A DNA stretch of 64,000 nucleotides, from positions 3,744,944-3,808,943 of the forward strand of contig OZ316894.1 in NCBI GenBank assembly GCA_973895155.1, read 5' to 3'. Both the position numbers and the translations under genes were made by a program. Positions 1 to 12,405 of this stretch are shown one piece after another. This DNA is from Marsupella aquatica (Eukaryota > Plantae > Marchantiophyta). The notes beneath the pieces are model-generated. The model had not been told where the DNA came from. It did not search any database and saw nothing but the letters and a program-made list of their open reading frames with translations. How positions within the stretch are numbered: position 1 is the first letter of the stretch; the number at the start of each line of letters is the position of its first letter.

Positions 1-112
1 TTTGGAATCAACCACAAACACACCTATTTAGACAGCAGGAAAAGGATGCATCCTGTTTGCGCTAGCCCATAGTGACTCTAAGGACGACTTTCCCTTTCCA
101 TTCTGCACTTAA

Positions 113-127
113 ACCGCCACTGTCCAT
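113..127 (+). repeat. Left TIR of the Kolobok-like element
   Basis: ACCGCCACTGTCCAT, preceded by TTAA; exact reverse complement of 14889-14903. Confidence 0.9.
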
Positions 128-321
128 ATAAATATCAGAAGGGGACAAGTTCCGGTCAGCTCATTCTCTCCAGAGGTGCCCAGCAAAGGCCAGGCTTCCG
201 ATTCTCAGCCAGAGCCGGCTAGCCCCAGCCAAAGGCTCCGCAAAACACTGCGTCCGTAGTTAGTACGTGGCAGTGCTGTGAAACGGGCCTGTGCAATCCT
301 GAGTGGGTTTGTGAGTGGGGT

Positions 322-591
322 GGTCACCGTGAGAAGGTGCTGCCATAGCCATCGACAAGGGGGACCCCACCGAACGAAGAAAGGACGAGAATTTGTTGTT
401 TTCGTCGTGGCAAAGGAAAGTGGGAGTAAACTACTGAAAGCCTACGGCTCTCGTGTCGGTCTGCTAAGGCCAGCTTTGCTCTGCGGCCGGGGGCGGGCGT
501 GGTTCAAGATTGGATTGGGAGCAGCACCATTCATCGATGGCGTGCATTGCCCCGAGAAGGTCACCGTGAGAAGGTGCTGCCATAGCCATCG
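322..591 (+). repeat. 33-bp subterminal direct repeat (322-354 and 559-591)
   Basis: GGTCACCGTGAGAAGGTGCTGCCATAGCCATCG occurs twice. Confidence 0.9.
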
Positions 592-3582
592 GGGTTGATC
601 AGTAGGCTGGGCTGGAAAATCTGCTGCTAAAGCTATGGACGTTCGTCACAGACGTGCTCTGCTGGGCTGGAAAAGCATCCAAGCTAAAAACATTCCAGGA
701 CTTCAAGCATGCTCGCGACACTAATGCTTATCACTAACAAAACTGCATCCTTCTTGACTTGCCGAATCCCGCTGCCAATCCATTCAATGTGGGGGCGGAA
801 AGTCACAAACATCTCTTCAAATTGCACAACATCACACCAACAGTAGTCGCAACTCAGATTTGCAAGTATGGTTCACTGCGTCACATCGCAGCATCCTCAC
901 AGCCCCACTGTCATGGACATGCCCAATGGCCCCGAATGTTGACCATTACCCAGAGCCATGTTGACCATTACGTGATCTTCCAAGATTTTATTGACTATAC
1001 AGCCAATGTGCATAATCGCTCACCATGGGATGCTTCGTCTTACGAAGTGGAGTAGGTTTCAAAGGGGAGAGACCAAATTGGATATGTGCTCTGTTTTTGT
1101 AGAAGCATGCGCGGCAAGGTTGGTAGGAACCGAAGCATTCGACCAACACTCCCGAAAATGAACAAGTCCTTGCGTGCAAAATCTTCCCCTTGAAACTTCA
1201 ATAATTCACAATGAATGCTACTAAGTTCTGGATCCAAGACGCAGCAATCTTCTCACTGACATACACAAGGCTGTTGCATTGCTAAACATGTCTGCCCTAA
1301 AGATATCCCTTTATAATTTCTTTGGAGTACATCCGCTTGATGTACAACCTAGGTCATGGATTTGCATTATCGAAGATGGCTACAAGGAGTACATCTCCTC
1401 CATCGATCCAAGTTGTAGTAGTCGCAAGTAAGTACTGACGTTGTTCAAACACACTTGATAGTAACAAAAGTGCACCAAAGATCAAATGTACTCATAAATT
1501 TTGTGCATCTTGTCACTGCCGCGTCTGTATCCTTTCGAGACAAATCAGGCGAATCGCGACAAGCAAAGTGTAACTACTCCTGCTATCAGCGAGAGATTTT
1601 ATTGATTGTTCTATTATAAGGTGCACCAGCACAACCGAGCTGTCACTCTCAAGTCATTACGGGCAAGATCGTGCTTGATTTCCGTGTCTGCCCATTTGCA
1701 TGCACCAATGAGCGCTTTACGTTTGTTGAACAGAAGATATCACAATAAGGCAAGATCATAATTCAATCTTTCATTGATACCAGACACAGAACCCTCTGCC
1801 ATAGTGGACACAAGCCATCGAGAAAACAGGGTAACAAAACTCTGCGAACCTTCTGTGTCTGTCCCCGCAATGAAGCACAATCTCTTTGAAGAAGGAAAAG
1901 TTTGGCAACGCTTCTCCTTCCTTTGGCCACTTCAACAATCCGAGGTTCTTCGTCAAACATCGGCTTCTGGTACTTGGCAGCAAAAAGCTTGTGTTGCACG
2001 CCTTTTGCAGGCTGTGCTACCCATTGTGGATAAAGCATCTCTTGCCTCAGAGTTGAATTGGAACATAGTGTTGAAGCCTTGGATGACTGAAAACACGATC
2101 GAATGGCCCATGTAAGGGCGGCAGTCAGTGAAGCTCTGAAAACCGCAAAGGTGCTCTCATCACATGACGGTCGCATCAGTAGTGACGCTAAGTTTGAATT
2201 TTCGGAACTAGCAAATCTCAGTTGTTCGCCATTTGATAAGAACAATGTGAAAAGCTTTTCATAAAAAATGAGGCGTGATTGGCTGGTCGGAAGATAGCTT
2301 GACCGCTGGTGCCTCACAGATTATCGATGATAAAGAAGAGTTCACTGAAGGTCGAGGGTGATTGAGGGGCAATTGTTCGTCTACGCAGAAGGTACGCAAT
2401 TTTGGCAAGATAATTATGTAGACAAGCATTTTTTGCAACAATGGACGTACCCCGTCTCTAGCAGCCTTCAGTCACCTGCACACTACAACAATAGGGTAAC
2501 CATCAACGTCAGCCCAAGGTCCAGCAACTCCCAATGCATGTCGCAAATTTGTTGTCTATAACTTGGGGAAACGCGAGGGGAGATGATGAACGTTATTCAA
2601 AATTATGGGCTGAACGGAGAGGCTCCAAGTATGTCAATTCAAACACATGTAGTCTATGAAATTTTTTTATGTAGCTTCTCAATGATGACGGACTGAAAAT
2701 TATGAAAAATGCACAACATCCAACTGAGGTCGGACTGTAGTATGTCCGGTTTTGCGTGATGCAGATCCAAAAAAGTAGCTTATCTTATTAGATTGTATTG
2801 GTTACTCTAGGAGTGAAAGACATTATACTGAGTCTTCCCACATTGAGGCTAGGAAAGTATGCAGGTTCATGGAGGTTATAACAAATCCGATCGACTTCAA
2901 AATGACGGGAGTTGAAAGTGAACTAGGCAGCCTCGTCTCATCCTAGGAGCTGACACAACCTGCAAAACATCTGGGACTCACGTGGGTCAAATGCAACTTG
3001 CCGAGGGAAATGACCAAGTTTTGCATAACTTGCCATCTACATTAGTAGGGTACTGACTTTGGTGAACTACCATAAATCTGGATTCGCTCTAAGGGAAGGT
3101 ATGAACCAAACCATCCACTTAGAGCATAATTGGGAATGGCGTGGGGCTCTTTTTCTCTTACTTGCTGCAATTATTATTCTCAATGTATTTTTCTGCAGTA
3201 CATTTTTCTTCATTGTAATCATGGACCTGGTGTGAACTTCTACATCTTCATTCATAAGTGCATTCTTGCAAACATGACCTTTGAGGTACTAGAAAAATAC
3301 AAGGACATATAATTTACAAATTCTTGTTTGTTGTATTGTTAGGTTGCTAGAGACGGACAAATGGACCGTCCACCGCCTGCGATTGATTATCACCAAGTTG
3401 GAGGCAGTCTTCGATGTAGGCTTCCTGGAAGTCATATACGTAGATACCATGCCTTACAAGGGGCCCTCAACATGTCTCATGGAAAGATTATGGCTTGGCT
3501 CATGGATGGTATGTCCGAGCAAATATCGGCTGTTATTAGTGCTCATCACGGACAGGATGAAGAAGGGGATGTAATGGCATTT

Positions 3583-4057
3583 TGTTGAGCATAGACGACG
3601 ATCGCAACGGCAAGCCCATGAACCATCCAACGCACAATAGTCGACACAAGAGATACGTGGTTCACCTCCTTGAGGCTACGTCCACGGGAACACACAAGAG
3701 AACTTTACTGAACTCTAAGCCCGTCGGCTATACCGAGTCTCCACAGTGTAAGCTCTCCCTATCTCTCAAGTGGCTCCATAACAATGAGCCTTGGTTCTAC
3801 CTCTCCAAGCACACATGCCTCTTATGATATAGTGTGCAACTTAGTTGTACCTAACCACATAGTTGTACCTAACCACATAGTTGTACCTAATCACGTAGTT
3901 GTACCTAACCACATAGTTGTACCTAATCACGTAGTTGTACCTAACCACATAGTTGTACCTAATCACATAGTTGTACCTAACCACGTAGTTGTACCAACCC
4001 ACGTTGTTGTACCAACCACGTCATACCTAACCTAGACGTAAGAGTAAATACCCAACA
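3583..4057 (-). repeat. Copia 3' LTR, with CATTT on both sides like a solo LTR
   Basis: Identical to 8143-8617; CATTT at 3578-3582 and 4058-4062. Confidence 0.95.
3842..4020 (+). repeat. 18-bp tandem minisatellite (~10 units) inside the LTR; also at 8402-8580
   Basis: Unit TAGTTGTACCTAAYCACR; produces the spurious VVPNHI ORF. Confidence 0.95.
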
Positions 4058-5776
4058 CATTTGAGGGTCCAGATGACTTTGGATGGATAAATAATGAACA
4101 CCTTGCTGATGAAGAGGACTTGGGAACCTTTGGGTTGATTGCTCAGGTACTTTTAATAACATTTTTCATTCTACTTTGAACTTGTTTGCCTTCCCTAATC
4201 CCTTTCTTTCCAGATTTTAATTTAATTGGAGTATAACTCTTTCACCATCTCTCCTTTTGTATGTGTTAAAAAAATTGGGTTATCCAAAATTTAGAGGTTT
4301 TATCTTTGCCGATACATCATGTTTTATTACTGTTAACCTATGTTTGTATTTATTTATTGCAGCCATTTTGTGGTGCACCATCCTCCGTTCCAAATGATGA
4401 TGATTCCAATTTTGATATGGCATCACCTTCACATGATGAGCAAGTTCATTCATACTCCAACACTTGTGTATTTGACCGCATTCAGTCTGGGAGGGAGGAT
4501 GCAGAGCACATTCCGGACTCCAACATAGAATTGGAAGATTGTTCTATGATGTCCGATTCCCAGGTAACTGTGTAGTTTAGCTTTTTCAATTAATTTGCTT
4601 TGTGCTACCTTTGTTCCATACATTGATAAGTCATGCAAATGAGGACCTCTAGTTTTTCATAGGTGTACATTAATTTAATGTAAAGCTTAGCTTCAACTAA
4701 TAAACAAATATTGTACCCTAAACCCTAAACAGATGTCAAATGAGGATGGACCCATTTGTTTGCTGGATGTGGCTGATCCAACAACATTTGGATTAGATGA
4801 TATGGTTTTCATGGATTCTGGATTTGAAGAGGCTCCAACTCAGGTATTACATTTTTGCACATTCTTGTACTTGTCATTTGTATCAATTCATAGTCTGTTA
4901 TAATTCCTCCTTGCAATTACTGCATTTTTAGTTAACTTACTAATTATTGTGTGTTGTTTTAGGCATCTACTTCTTCTGAGCAAATAGAAGTTGACTGCCG
5001 TTTGGATTATGAGTATGAGCCATCTTCTCAAGAAACTGAGTCAGACCCTGAGAGTTTGGTGGAGTATGCTTTTTGGCAAAAGAGTAAGGTCCACGAATTT
5101 TTCCAGGAGTTTTGTGTGAATTGTCGTATTGAAGGTTGTGACGGTAAGTACTCGGTTGAGGACATTGTCACACACCATCAGTTGTGGATATTGAAGCTAA
5201 AGTGCCCAACAGGGCATGCACAATCTTTCATGACCGGAGAAAATGAACTTTATAGAGGTATGCAATCTACTCAAATTAATTTTATACTTCTGTCTTTTTG
5301 TACCTAAATGGCTTAATATTGTGTACCTAATCTTGTTTAATTTATGAATACAGGTGTTCCTGCAATCACTGGATTAATTTACCACTCTGCTCTCTCTGCT
5401 GGTCTAACACACAACATGATAAGTGAACTATTCTCTCACATTCAAATCCATGTTCCAAGAAATACACATTGGTTTCGATTTCAAAATGGAGCCCGAAGAG
5501 ACATTGGATGGATTGGAGCAGTATTGCAAGTTTGGGATAATAAGAAACAAAGGTTGCAACGAGGCCTAGCAGAAAGAGACGGTATATGAGTCTTCCTTTT
5601 AGTGCACAAGCTTGTGTTAGTTAATTACATTGAGTAATGAATTTATCATTTTACTAGGTACCATGTTGTTAGAGCATCATGTAAATGGTGATTTTATAAC
5701 ATTATTTTGTGGTTTATGATAATTGTAGGTTCCACTCCATTAATTCTATATGTGGATTGTCGTTGGGACTCATCAC
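4058..5776 (+). repeat. Duplicated copy of the transposase gene segment 8618-10336, lying inside the copia element
   Basis: Line-by-line identical at offset 4560, with identical ORF translations; diverges after ...GGGACTCATCAC (5776 / 10336). Confidence 0.95.
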
Positions 5777-7718
5777 CATTCTGTTGCGGAGTATAAACTG
5801 TGGTGAGATGGCGAGTTATCCCCTGTTCTGAACAGTACTCTTCAAATTCCATTGAAGTGTACTCCCCGCCGTTGTCTGACCTCAGACTCTTCACCCTTGT
5901 ATCCAAACACTTGATCGTGTTTCCAGTCTGATTCTCCACCTGGGCCTTCCACTTCTTAAAAATGGACAAGACATCAGACTTATGCGTCATGAAATAAATC
6001 CACACAAATCTTGAGTAATCATCAATAAATGATACATAGTACAACTTTCCAGAGTGTGAGGGAGTCGGGGATGGACCCCACACGTCACTATGTATGTACT
6101 CAAGAACCGCTTTGGAACGATGAGTTCCAACACCAAAAGCACGACGATGCTGCTTTCCAAGAATGCAATGCTCACAAAACTCTAATTTACAAGATTGCAA
6201 ATCAGAAATGAGTCCATTCTTCCGTAAGATAGCCAAACCCTTCTCACTCATGTGGCCTAGCCGTGAATGCCACAGTTGAGTCATCTCCTCGTGAGACTTG
6301 GTTACATTGGCCTCTCCACATACAGTATTGCCCTGTAACACATACAAATTCTTTTGTCTACTCCCCTTCAAAATCACTGTCTCTCTCGACCTGACTTGAA
6401 GTTCACCATCAATAACGCTCCATTGATGACCATTTGAATCCAACACACCGAGTGAAATCAGATTCTTACGCATGCCAGGTACATACCTGACTCCGGACAC
6501 TATGCGCACAGCGCCATCAAACATTTGAATCTTCACAGACCCAATTCCCTCAATTTGACAGGAGTGATCATTTCCCATCAGAACTGAACCGTTTGAAACA
6601 GAGTAAGAACTGAAAAACTCACGAATGTAACAAATATGAAAAGAGCAAGCACAATCAAGAATCCACACATCATCTGCTCTCCTAGATGACGTGCACAGGG
6701 CATACCCCCGGCTTCATAAAACATACTCATCATTGAGTAAATCAGCTTCTCCATCAGCCCTAGCCACATTTGCCGATGAAGTTTCCGCTGCCTTTCCCTT
6801 ACAGTCTCGCTTGAAGTGTCCAACTTGGTTGCACTTCCAACATGTCACCTGCCTCCTCTGAGGGGATTTACCCTTGGACTTAGATCTGGATTTAGATCTA
6901 AACTGGGTTCTACGGTCCCCAGTTGGTCGCTGCATACTCCTCCCACGGTTAACATTGAGGGCAGCACCAGATGATGAAGGCTATGACGTGATGTGCATCT
7001 TCTGCTGAAGATCATCACTAAGCAGAGAACTTACCACGTCATTGTATGAAATGGTATCCCTATCACGATGCAACAACACTCGTGATAGGGACTGGTAAGA
7101 TGGAGGCAATGAACTAAGAAGCTGCAGAGCCTTCGTCTCATCATTCAAAGTCTCCCCAAGGTTTTCCAAGTCAACGACCATGTCGTTGAAAGCATCCACA
7201 TGGTCTTGCAACTTCGTACCAGATTCCTTCATCCTGAAACTCATCAGTTTGTAGGAAGTGTAGAGCCGGTTCGACAACTCCTTGCGGTGATACTTGCTCT
7301 GCAATTCCGCAAACAAGGACATGCAATCCTTATGTGCACCTAACTGCTTGATGATGGGAGGCATGAGATAGAGTGTAACACACCACACTCCCTGCTCCTG
7401 CATGCGGTCCCATTGTTTCTCATCAACATCGTCTTCACGAGGGCTCAGCAGTTGGCCCATCCCTGACGCATAAAGCACTCCCTTCACTTGCTTCTCCCAT
7501 AGCAAGTAGTCAGAGCGCCCATCATACTTTGTCACTTCATACTTGGGTCCCCCAAGCTTGAAAGTCCCCATCTTCTTCTTTACCGTGAGCTCCGGTAGTA
7601 GTACTGCTTCCTCCACCACACGCCGCACCGGTGATGGTATCGGTGTCACGTGCTCTTCCTCCTGCTCCTCTCTCTGCCCCTGAAACCTCCGCGGTGATCC
7701 TCGTGCTTCAAGTTCCAC
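5777..7718 (-). pseudogene. Copia gag-protease-integrase polyprotein, truncated within the integrase core
   Basis: One reading frame across ORFs 6981-7718, 6714-6935 and 5694-6668, with two in-frame stops. UBN2-type gag, CWKCNQVGHFKRDC zinc knuckle, WILDCACSFH protease, LWHSRLGH, HSDVWGP, RSDNGGEY, then TPQQNG followed by an abrupt junction. Confidence 0.92.
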
Positions 7719-8142
7719 GTCTTGTCAACAACGAATGTTGATCAATTGCACTTGGTGCCGTCACCAAGTCCAACAAGGTAATTGATTTTGCTTAGCCTTC
7801 CTCTTTGCATCAAAGAGCCAATCCCGGACTCAAAAACAATCGTCTTGCCTCAATCTCTCCGTTGAGTCAAAACACTTGACGCTTCTCCCTCCGAGTCGAT
7901 TGCCAACTTTCTTCACAAAATCCAGAATGACGAAAACTTAGATCTCTCTGCACCACGAGCTCCGTTCAACGATTTCTTCACACCGTTAGAAAGCTCTTGC
8001 CCTGATCTATCCGTTGAGCCCATAAACTCCAAGTTCCATGCGATGGAACTCTGGAAAATCCACCAACACTCAACGCTGGAAAAACCGTCATGAAATCCCG
8101 TCACGAACACACGTCACCTCCCAAGCATGCTCTGATACCAAT

Positions 8143-8617
8143 TGTTGAGCATAGACGACGATCGCAACGGCAAGCCCATGAACCATCCAACGCACAATAG
8201 TCGACACAAGAGATACGTGGTTCACCTCCTTGAGGCTACGTCCACGGGAACACACAAGAGAACTTTACTGAACTCTAAGCCCGTCGGCTATACCGAGTCT
8301 CCACAGTGTAAGCTCTCCCTATCTCTCAAGTGGCTCCATAACAATGAGCCTTGGTTCTACCTCTCCAAGCACACATGCCTCTTATGATATAGTGTGCAAC
8401 TTAGTTGTACCTAACCACATAGTTGTACCTAACCACATAGTTGTACCTAATCACGTAGTTGTACCTAACCACATAGTTGTACCTAATCACGTAGTTGTAC
8501 CTAACCACATAGTTGTACCTAATCACATAGTTGTACCTAACCACGTAGTTGTACCAACCCACGTTGTTGTACCAACCACGTCATACCTAACCTAGACGTA
8601 AGAGTAAATACCCAACA
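8143..8617 (-). repeat. Copia 5' LTR
   Basis: TG...CA termini, adjacent PBS, TSD CATTT at 8618-8622. Confidence 0.95.
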
Positions 8618-11600
8618 CATTTGAGGGTCCAGATGACTTTGGATGGATAAATAATGAACACCTTGCTGATGAAGAGGACTTGGGAACCTTTGGGTTGATT
8701 GCTCAGGTACTTTTAATAACATTTTTCATTCTACTTTGAACTTGTTTGCCTTCCCTAATCCCTTTCTTTCCAGATTTTAATTTAATTGGAGTATAACTCT
8801 TTCACCATCTCTCCTTTTGTATGTGTTAAAAAAATTGGGTTATCCAAAATTTAGAGGTTTTATCTTTGCCGATACATCATGTTTTATTACTGTTAACCTA
8901 TGTTTGTATTTATTTATTGCAGCCATTTTGTGGTGCACCATCCTCCGTTCCAAATGATGATGATTCCAATTTTGATATGGCATCACCTTCACATGATGAG
9001 CAAGTTCATTCATACTCCAACACTTGTGTATTTGACCGCATTCAGTCTGGGAGGGAGGATGCAGAGCACATTCCGGACTCCAACATAGAATTGGAAGATT
9101 GTTCTATGATGTCCGATTCCCAGGTAACTGTGTAGTTTAGCTTTTTCAATTAATTTGCTTTGTGCTACCTTTGTTCCATACATTGATAAGTCATGCAAAT
9201 GAGGACCTCTAGTTTTTCATAGGTGTACATTAATTTAATGTAAAGCTTAGCTTCAACTAATAAACAAATATTGTACCCTAAACCCTAAACAGATGTCAAA
9301 TGAGGATGGACCCATTTGTTTGCTGGATGTGGCTGATCCAACAACATTTGGATTAGATGATATGGTTTTCATGGATTCTGGATTTGAAGAGGCTCCAACT
9401 CAGGTATTACATTTTTGCACATTCTTGTACTTGTCATTTGTATCAATTCATAGTCTGTTATAATTCCTCCTTGCAATTACTGCATTTTTAGTTAACTTAC
9501 TAATTATTGTGTGTTGTTTTAGGCATCTACTTCTTCTGAGCAAATAGAAGTTGACTGCCGTTTGGATTATGAGTATGAGCCATCTTCTCAAGAAACTGAG
9601 TCAGACCCTGAGAGTTTGGTGGAGTATGCTTTTTGGCAAAAGAGTAAGGTCCACGAATTTTTCCAGGAGTTTTGTGTGAATTGTCGTATTGAAGGTTGTG
9701 ACGGTAAGTACTCGGTTGAGGACATTGTCACACACCATCAGTTGTGGATATTGAAGCTAAAGTGCCCAACAGGGCATGCACAATCTTTCATGACCGGAGA
9801 AAATGAACTTTATAGAGGTATGCAATCTACTCAAATTAATTTTATACTTCTGTCTTTTTGTACCTAAATGGCTTAATATTGTGTACCTAATCTTGTTTAA
9901 TTTATGAATACAGGTGTTCCTGCAATCACTGGATTAATTTACCACTCTGCTCTCTCTGCTGGTCTAACACACAACATGATAAGTGAACTATTCTCTCACA
10001 TTCAAATCCATGTTCCAAGAAATACACATTGGTTTCGATTTCAAAATGGAGCCCGAAGAGACATTGGATGGATTGGAGCAGTATTGCAAGTTTGGGATAA
10101 TAAGAAACAAAGGTTGCAACGAGGCCTAGCAGAAAGAGACGGTATATGAGTCTTCCTTTTAGTGCACAAGCTTGTGTTAGTTAATTACATTGAGTAATGA
10201 ATTTATCATTTTACTAGGTACCATGTTGTTAGAGCATCATGTAAATGGTGATTTTATAACATTATTTTGTGGTTTATGATAATTGTAGGTTCCACTCCAT
10301 TAATTCTATATGTGGATTGTCGTTGGGACTCATCACGTTCTGGATACCATGGCACTGTTCCCGTGATAGACGTGGCTACTGGTAAGATAGTAGAGCTTGT
10401 AACAATTGACCGGGTTGAGGCAGGGAATTCAGGCGCTATTGAGGCACTTGGTGTACGTCGTGCCTTGGAACATCTTCAGAATGTTGGGATTACAATCAAT
10501 GAGGTTGTTCACGATGATAACAACACTATTGATAATATAATTTATGAATTCAATATTGATAACCAGAAGGATTTGTGGCACAAATGTAAAAATCTATTGA
10601 AGCAGTTTAACAAAGAGTTGGCAAATGTGAAAGAAATAGCACCTGCTTATGGGATTGATGGTGCAACATCCTTGGAGGAATTGGGCAGATTTACAGTTTG
10701 GGTGTTGTCAGATTGGTGTAAGAACCAAAATTTGAGACACACAGGTAATAAGACAGAGTTGGTGTATCGCATTGGAAGACATAGAGGATTGCCAGAGGAG
10801 GACATCACATTGCGTACCAGGAGGCAGTTGAAGTATCCAGAATTGACAGAGAAGCAACTTGGTGATAAGTTGAAGAGTTGGTTTTACTATTGTTGTTGCA
10901 ATGCAAAAGAAAGGTAGGATGATAACTATGGTATTTATTTCCATTTACATGACTTCTGTAAATGTTACTTTTGGATTGAACTGACCTAATTCTTGAGTTG
11001 AATCTTAATGACTATTTGCAGGGGAAATGATGATGCTGCCATGTTGGCTAGGGAGATCATCACTGCAGCTGATCACTGGGCTGGTAACCATGAACTTTGT
11101 AAAAGTTTCCTTCCTCGCAAGTGTTGTGAGGAAGGTGCAATTTATAGTCCATATTATGTCGCGGGTAAGTGAAAATCTACTAGCAATTCTCCCTGGTTGT
11201 AAGTTGCATATGACATGAATAATGTGCTTGGGTTGTTATGTAATATTTTAATATTTCCAAAAAAATAAATTAATGTGGATACTTGTGGATTTTACAGGGG
11301 GCGCTACACATAGAGCTCTAAAGCAATGGTTGCACAAGAATGTCACTGCAGTCAATGTTCGCTTCTACACTAGAGCCCGGGCAAACTTCCTTAGTGAAAC
11401 ATTTCATGGAAATGTCAACAAATATGCTATGAAGAGGATTCATTTTTCCATGACCCACGAAGCCCGCATGGCTTGTGCTGCAATGTGCTGGAATGAGAAC
11501 ATCGGTCGGGAGGTGGTACGAGTTAGAACACGACAGCCTAGTAATACTTGCACTCGTCAACGGCCATCTAGGGTCCGTGACCTTGTTCCTAGAAGCATCA

Positions 11601-12405
11601 GATGGAAGAAAGACGTGGCCCGTATCATATTCGAAAGAGGTGTAGATTATGATTCATGAGCACTTGATAAATTTATTTTGGCTTGGAAAAATCCACACGT
11701 GTTGTTTATTTGACATGTAGGAGATATATAAGTTGTGGATTTTACTATATTCATTTGTCATTTTTCTAGTCCAATATATCACCTTGCCATCTATTCTTTT
11801 TTGTATTAGTGTATTAGTAGGATGTGAAAGTTAGGGTTTAGTACCATGAATGAAAGTTGTGAGTTATGTTGAGATTTGTCACACTTTTGGCAAATGGCCA
11901 TGGCCCCAGTATCCCTCATTTGCCCTGCCTATGAAGAGTAGCATGCATGGCATGGCATTACGGAAGAACCTAGTAGATATAAAAATTGAAACAATTTTCC
12001 AAAATTTGACAATACTCCAAAGGGGAATTGAACCCCTCGTGCTGCCATCCAGTAGGAGTTCCAACCCAGAGGAGGGGGAAGGAGGCACAAGCCAAAGAAA
12101 CACGTGTAAAGAGTAGCACAAAGAACCCATAAATGACAGTACTAGAAATAAACAAATAAATAAACTTAAACAAACACAAGTGAACCTCAACAAGTAAATG
12201 CAGAAAGAGGGATGGTTTTTGCCTTGCATCTCCCAAGTTAGGGTTCTTAATGCACTTGGGAGAAGAAGGAGGCACATGCCAGATAAAAATAATAAAATAG
12301 TATGATAAAACAAAGAAAGCATGGAACAATAAGCAAATTCATACTGATGAAAAGATAACCACACAACCTTAGAAAACTAAAGGCATACACCAACATGGTG
12401 TTTGC

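Larger units (their letters stand above)
3583..8617 (-). mobile_element. Ty1/copia LTR retrotransposon, rearranged (RT/RNase H and PPT missing)
   Basis: 475-bp LTRs TGTTG...CAACA at 3583-4057 and 8143-8617; TSD CATTT at 3578-3582 and 8618-8622; tRNA-iMet PBS TGGTATCAGAGC on the minus strand (8129-8140). Confidence 0.95.
3361..11659 (+). pseudogene. Kolobok-family DDE transposase (~756 aa, 8 exons), disrupted in exon 1 by the copia insertion
   Basis: Exons 3361-3582 joined to 8623-8706, then 8923-9123, 9293-9403, 9523-9817, 9914-10141, 10289-10913, 11022-11164 and 11298-11659. All introns are GT-AG and the exons splice into 2271 nt with no internal stop. Motifs: CRIEGC...CPTGH zinc finger, YVDCRWDS, VVHDDN, DLWHKCK, HWAGNH..C..CC, SETFH, ARMACAAMCWNEN. 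These parallel the animal Kolobok pattern GDGRxDS / TDRH / DVWHxxK / LExFH / RxxLAxLHxNEN. Confidence 0.8.

Noticed and set aside
2600-2640. Alternative left boundary for the transposase element
   Set aside because: No inverted partner or TSD was found; the TIR pair at 113/14903 explains the element better.
3784-4035. VVPNHI-repeat ORF, or a CRISPR-like array
   Set aside because: Head-to-tail 18-bp units with no unique spacers, inside an LTR of a eukaryotic genome; the ORF results from the unit length being a multiple of 3.
4716-4730. CCCTAAACCCTAAAC telomere-like motif
   Set aside because: Only two units, in an intron; not a telomeric array.
3582-5776. 2.2-kb direct repeats read as giant LTRs, or as KolobokP-type long terminal direct repeats
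   Set aside because: The true LTR ends at CAACA 4057/8617 followed by the CATTT TSD; the remainder is duplicated transposase gene, and the repeats are internal to the TIR element.
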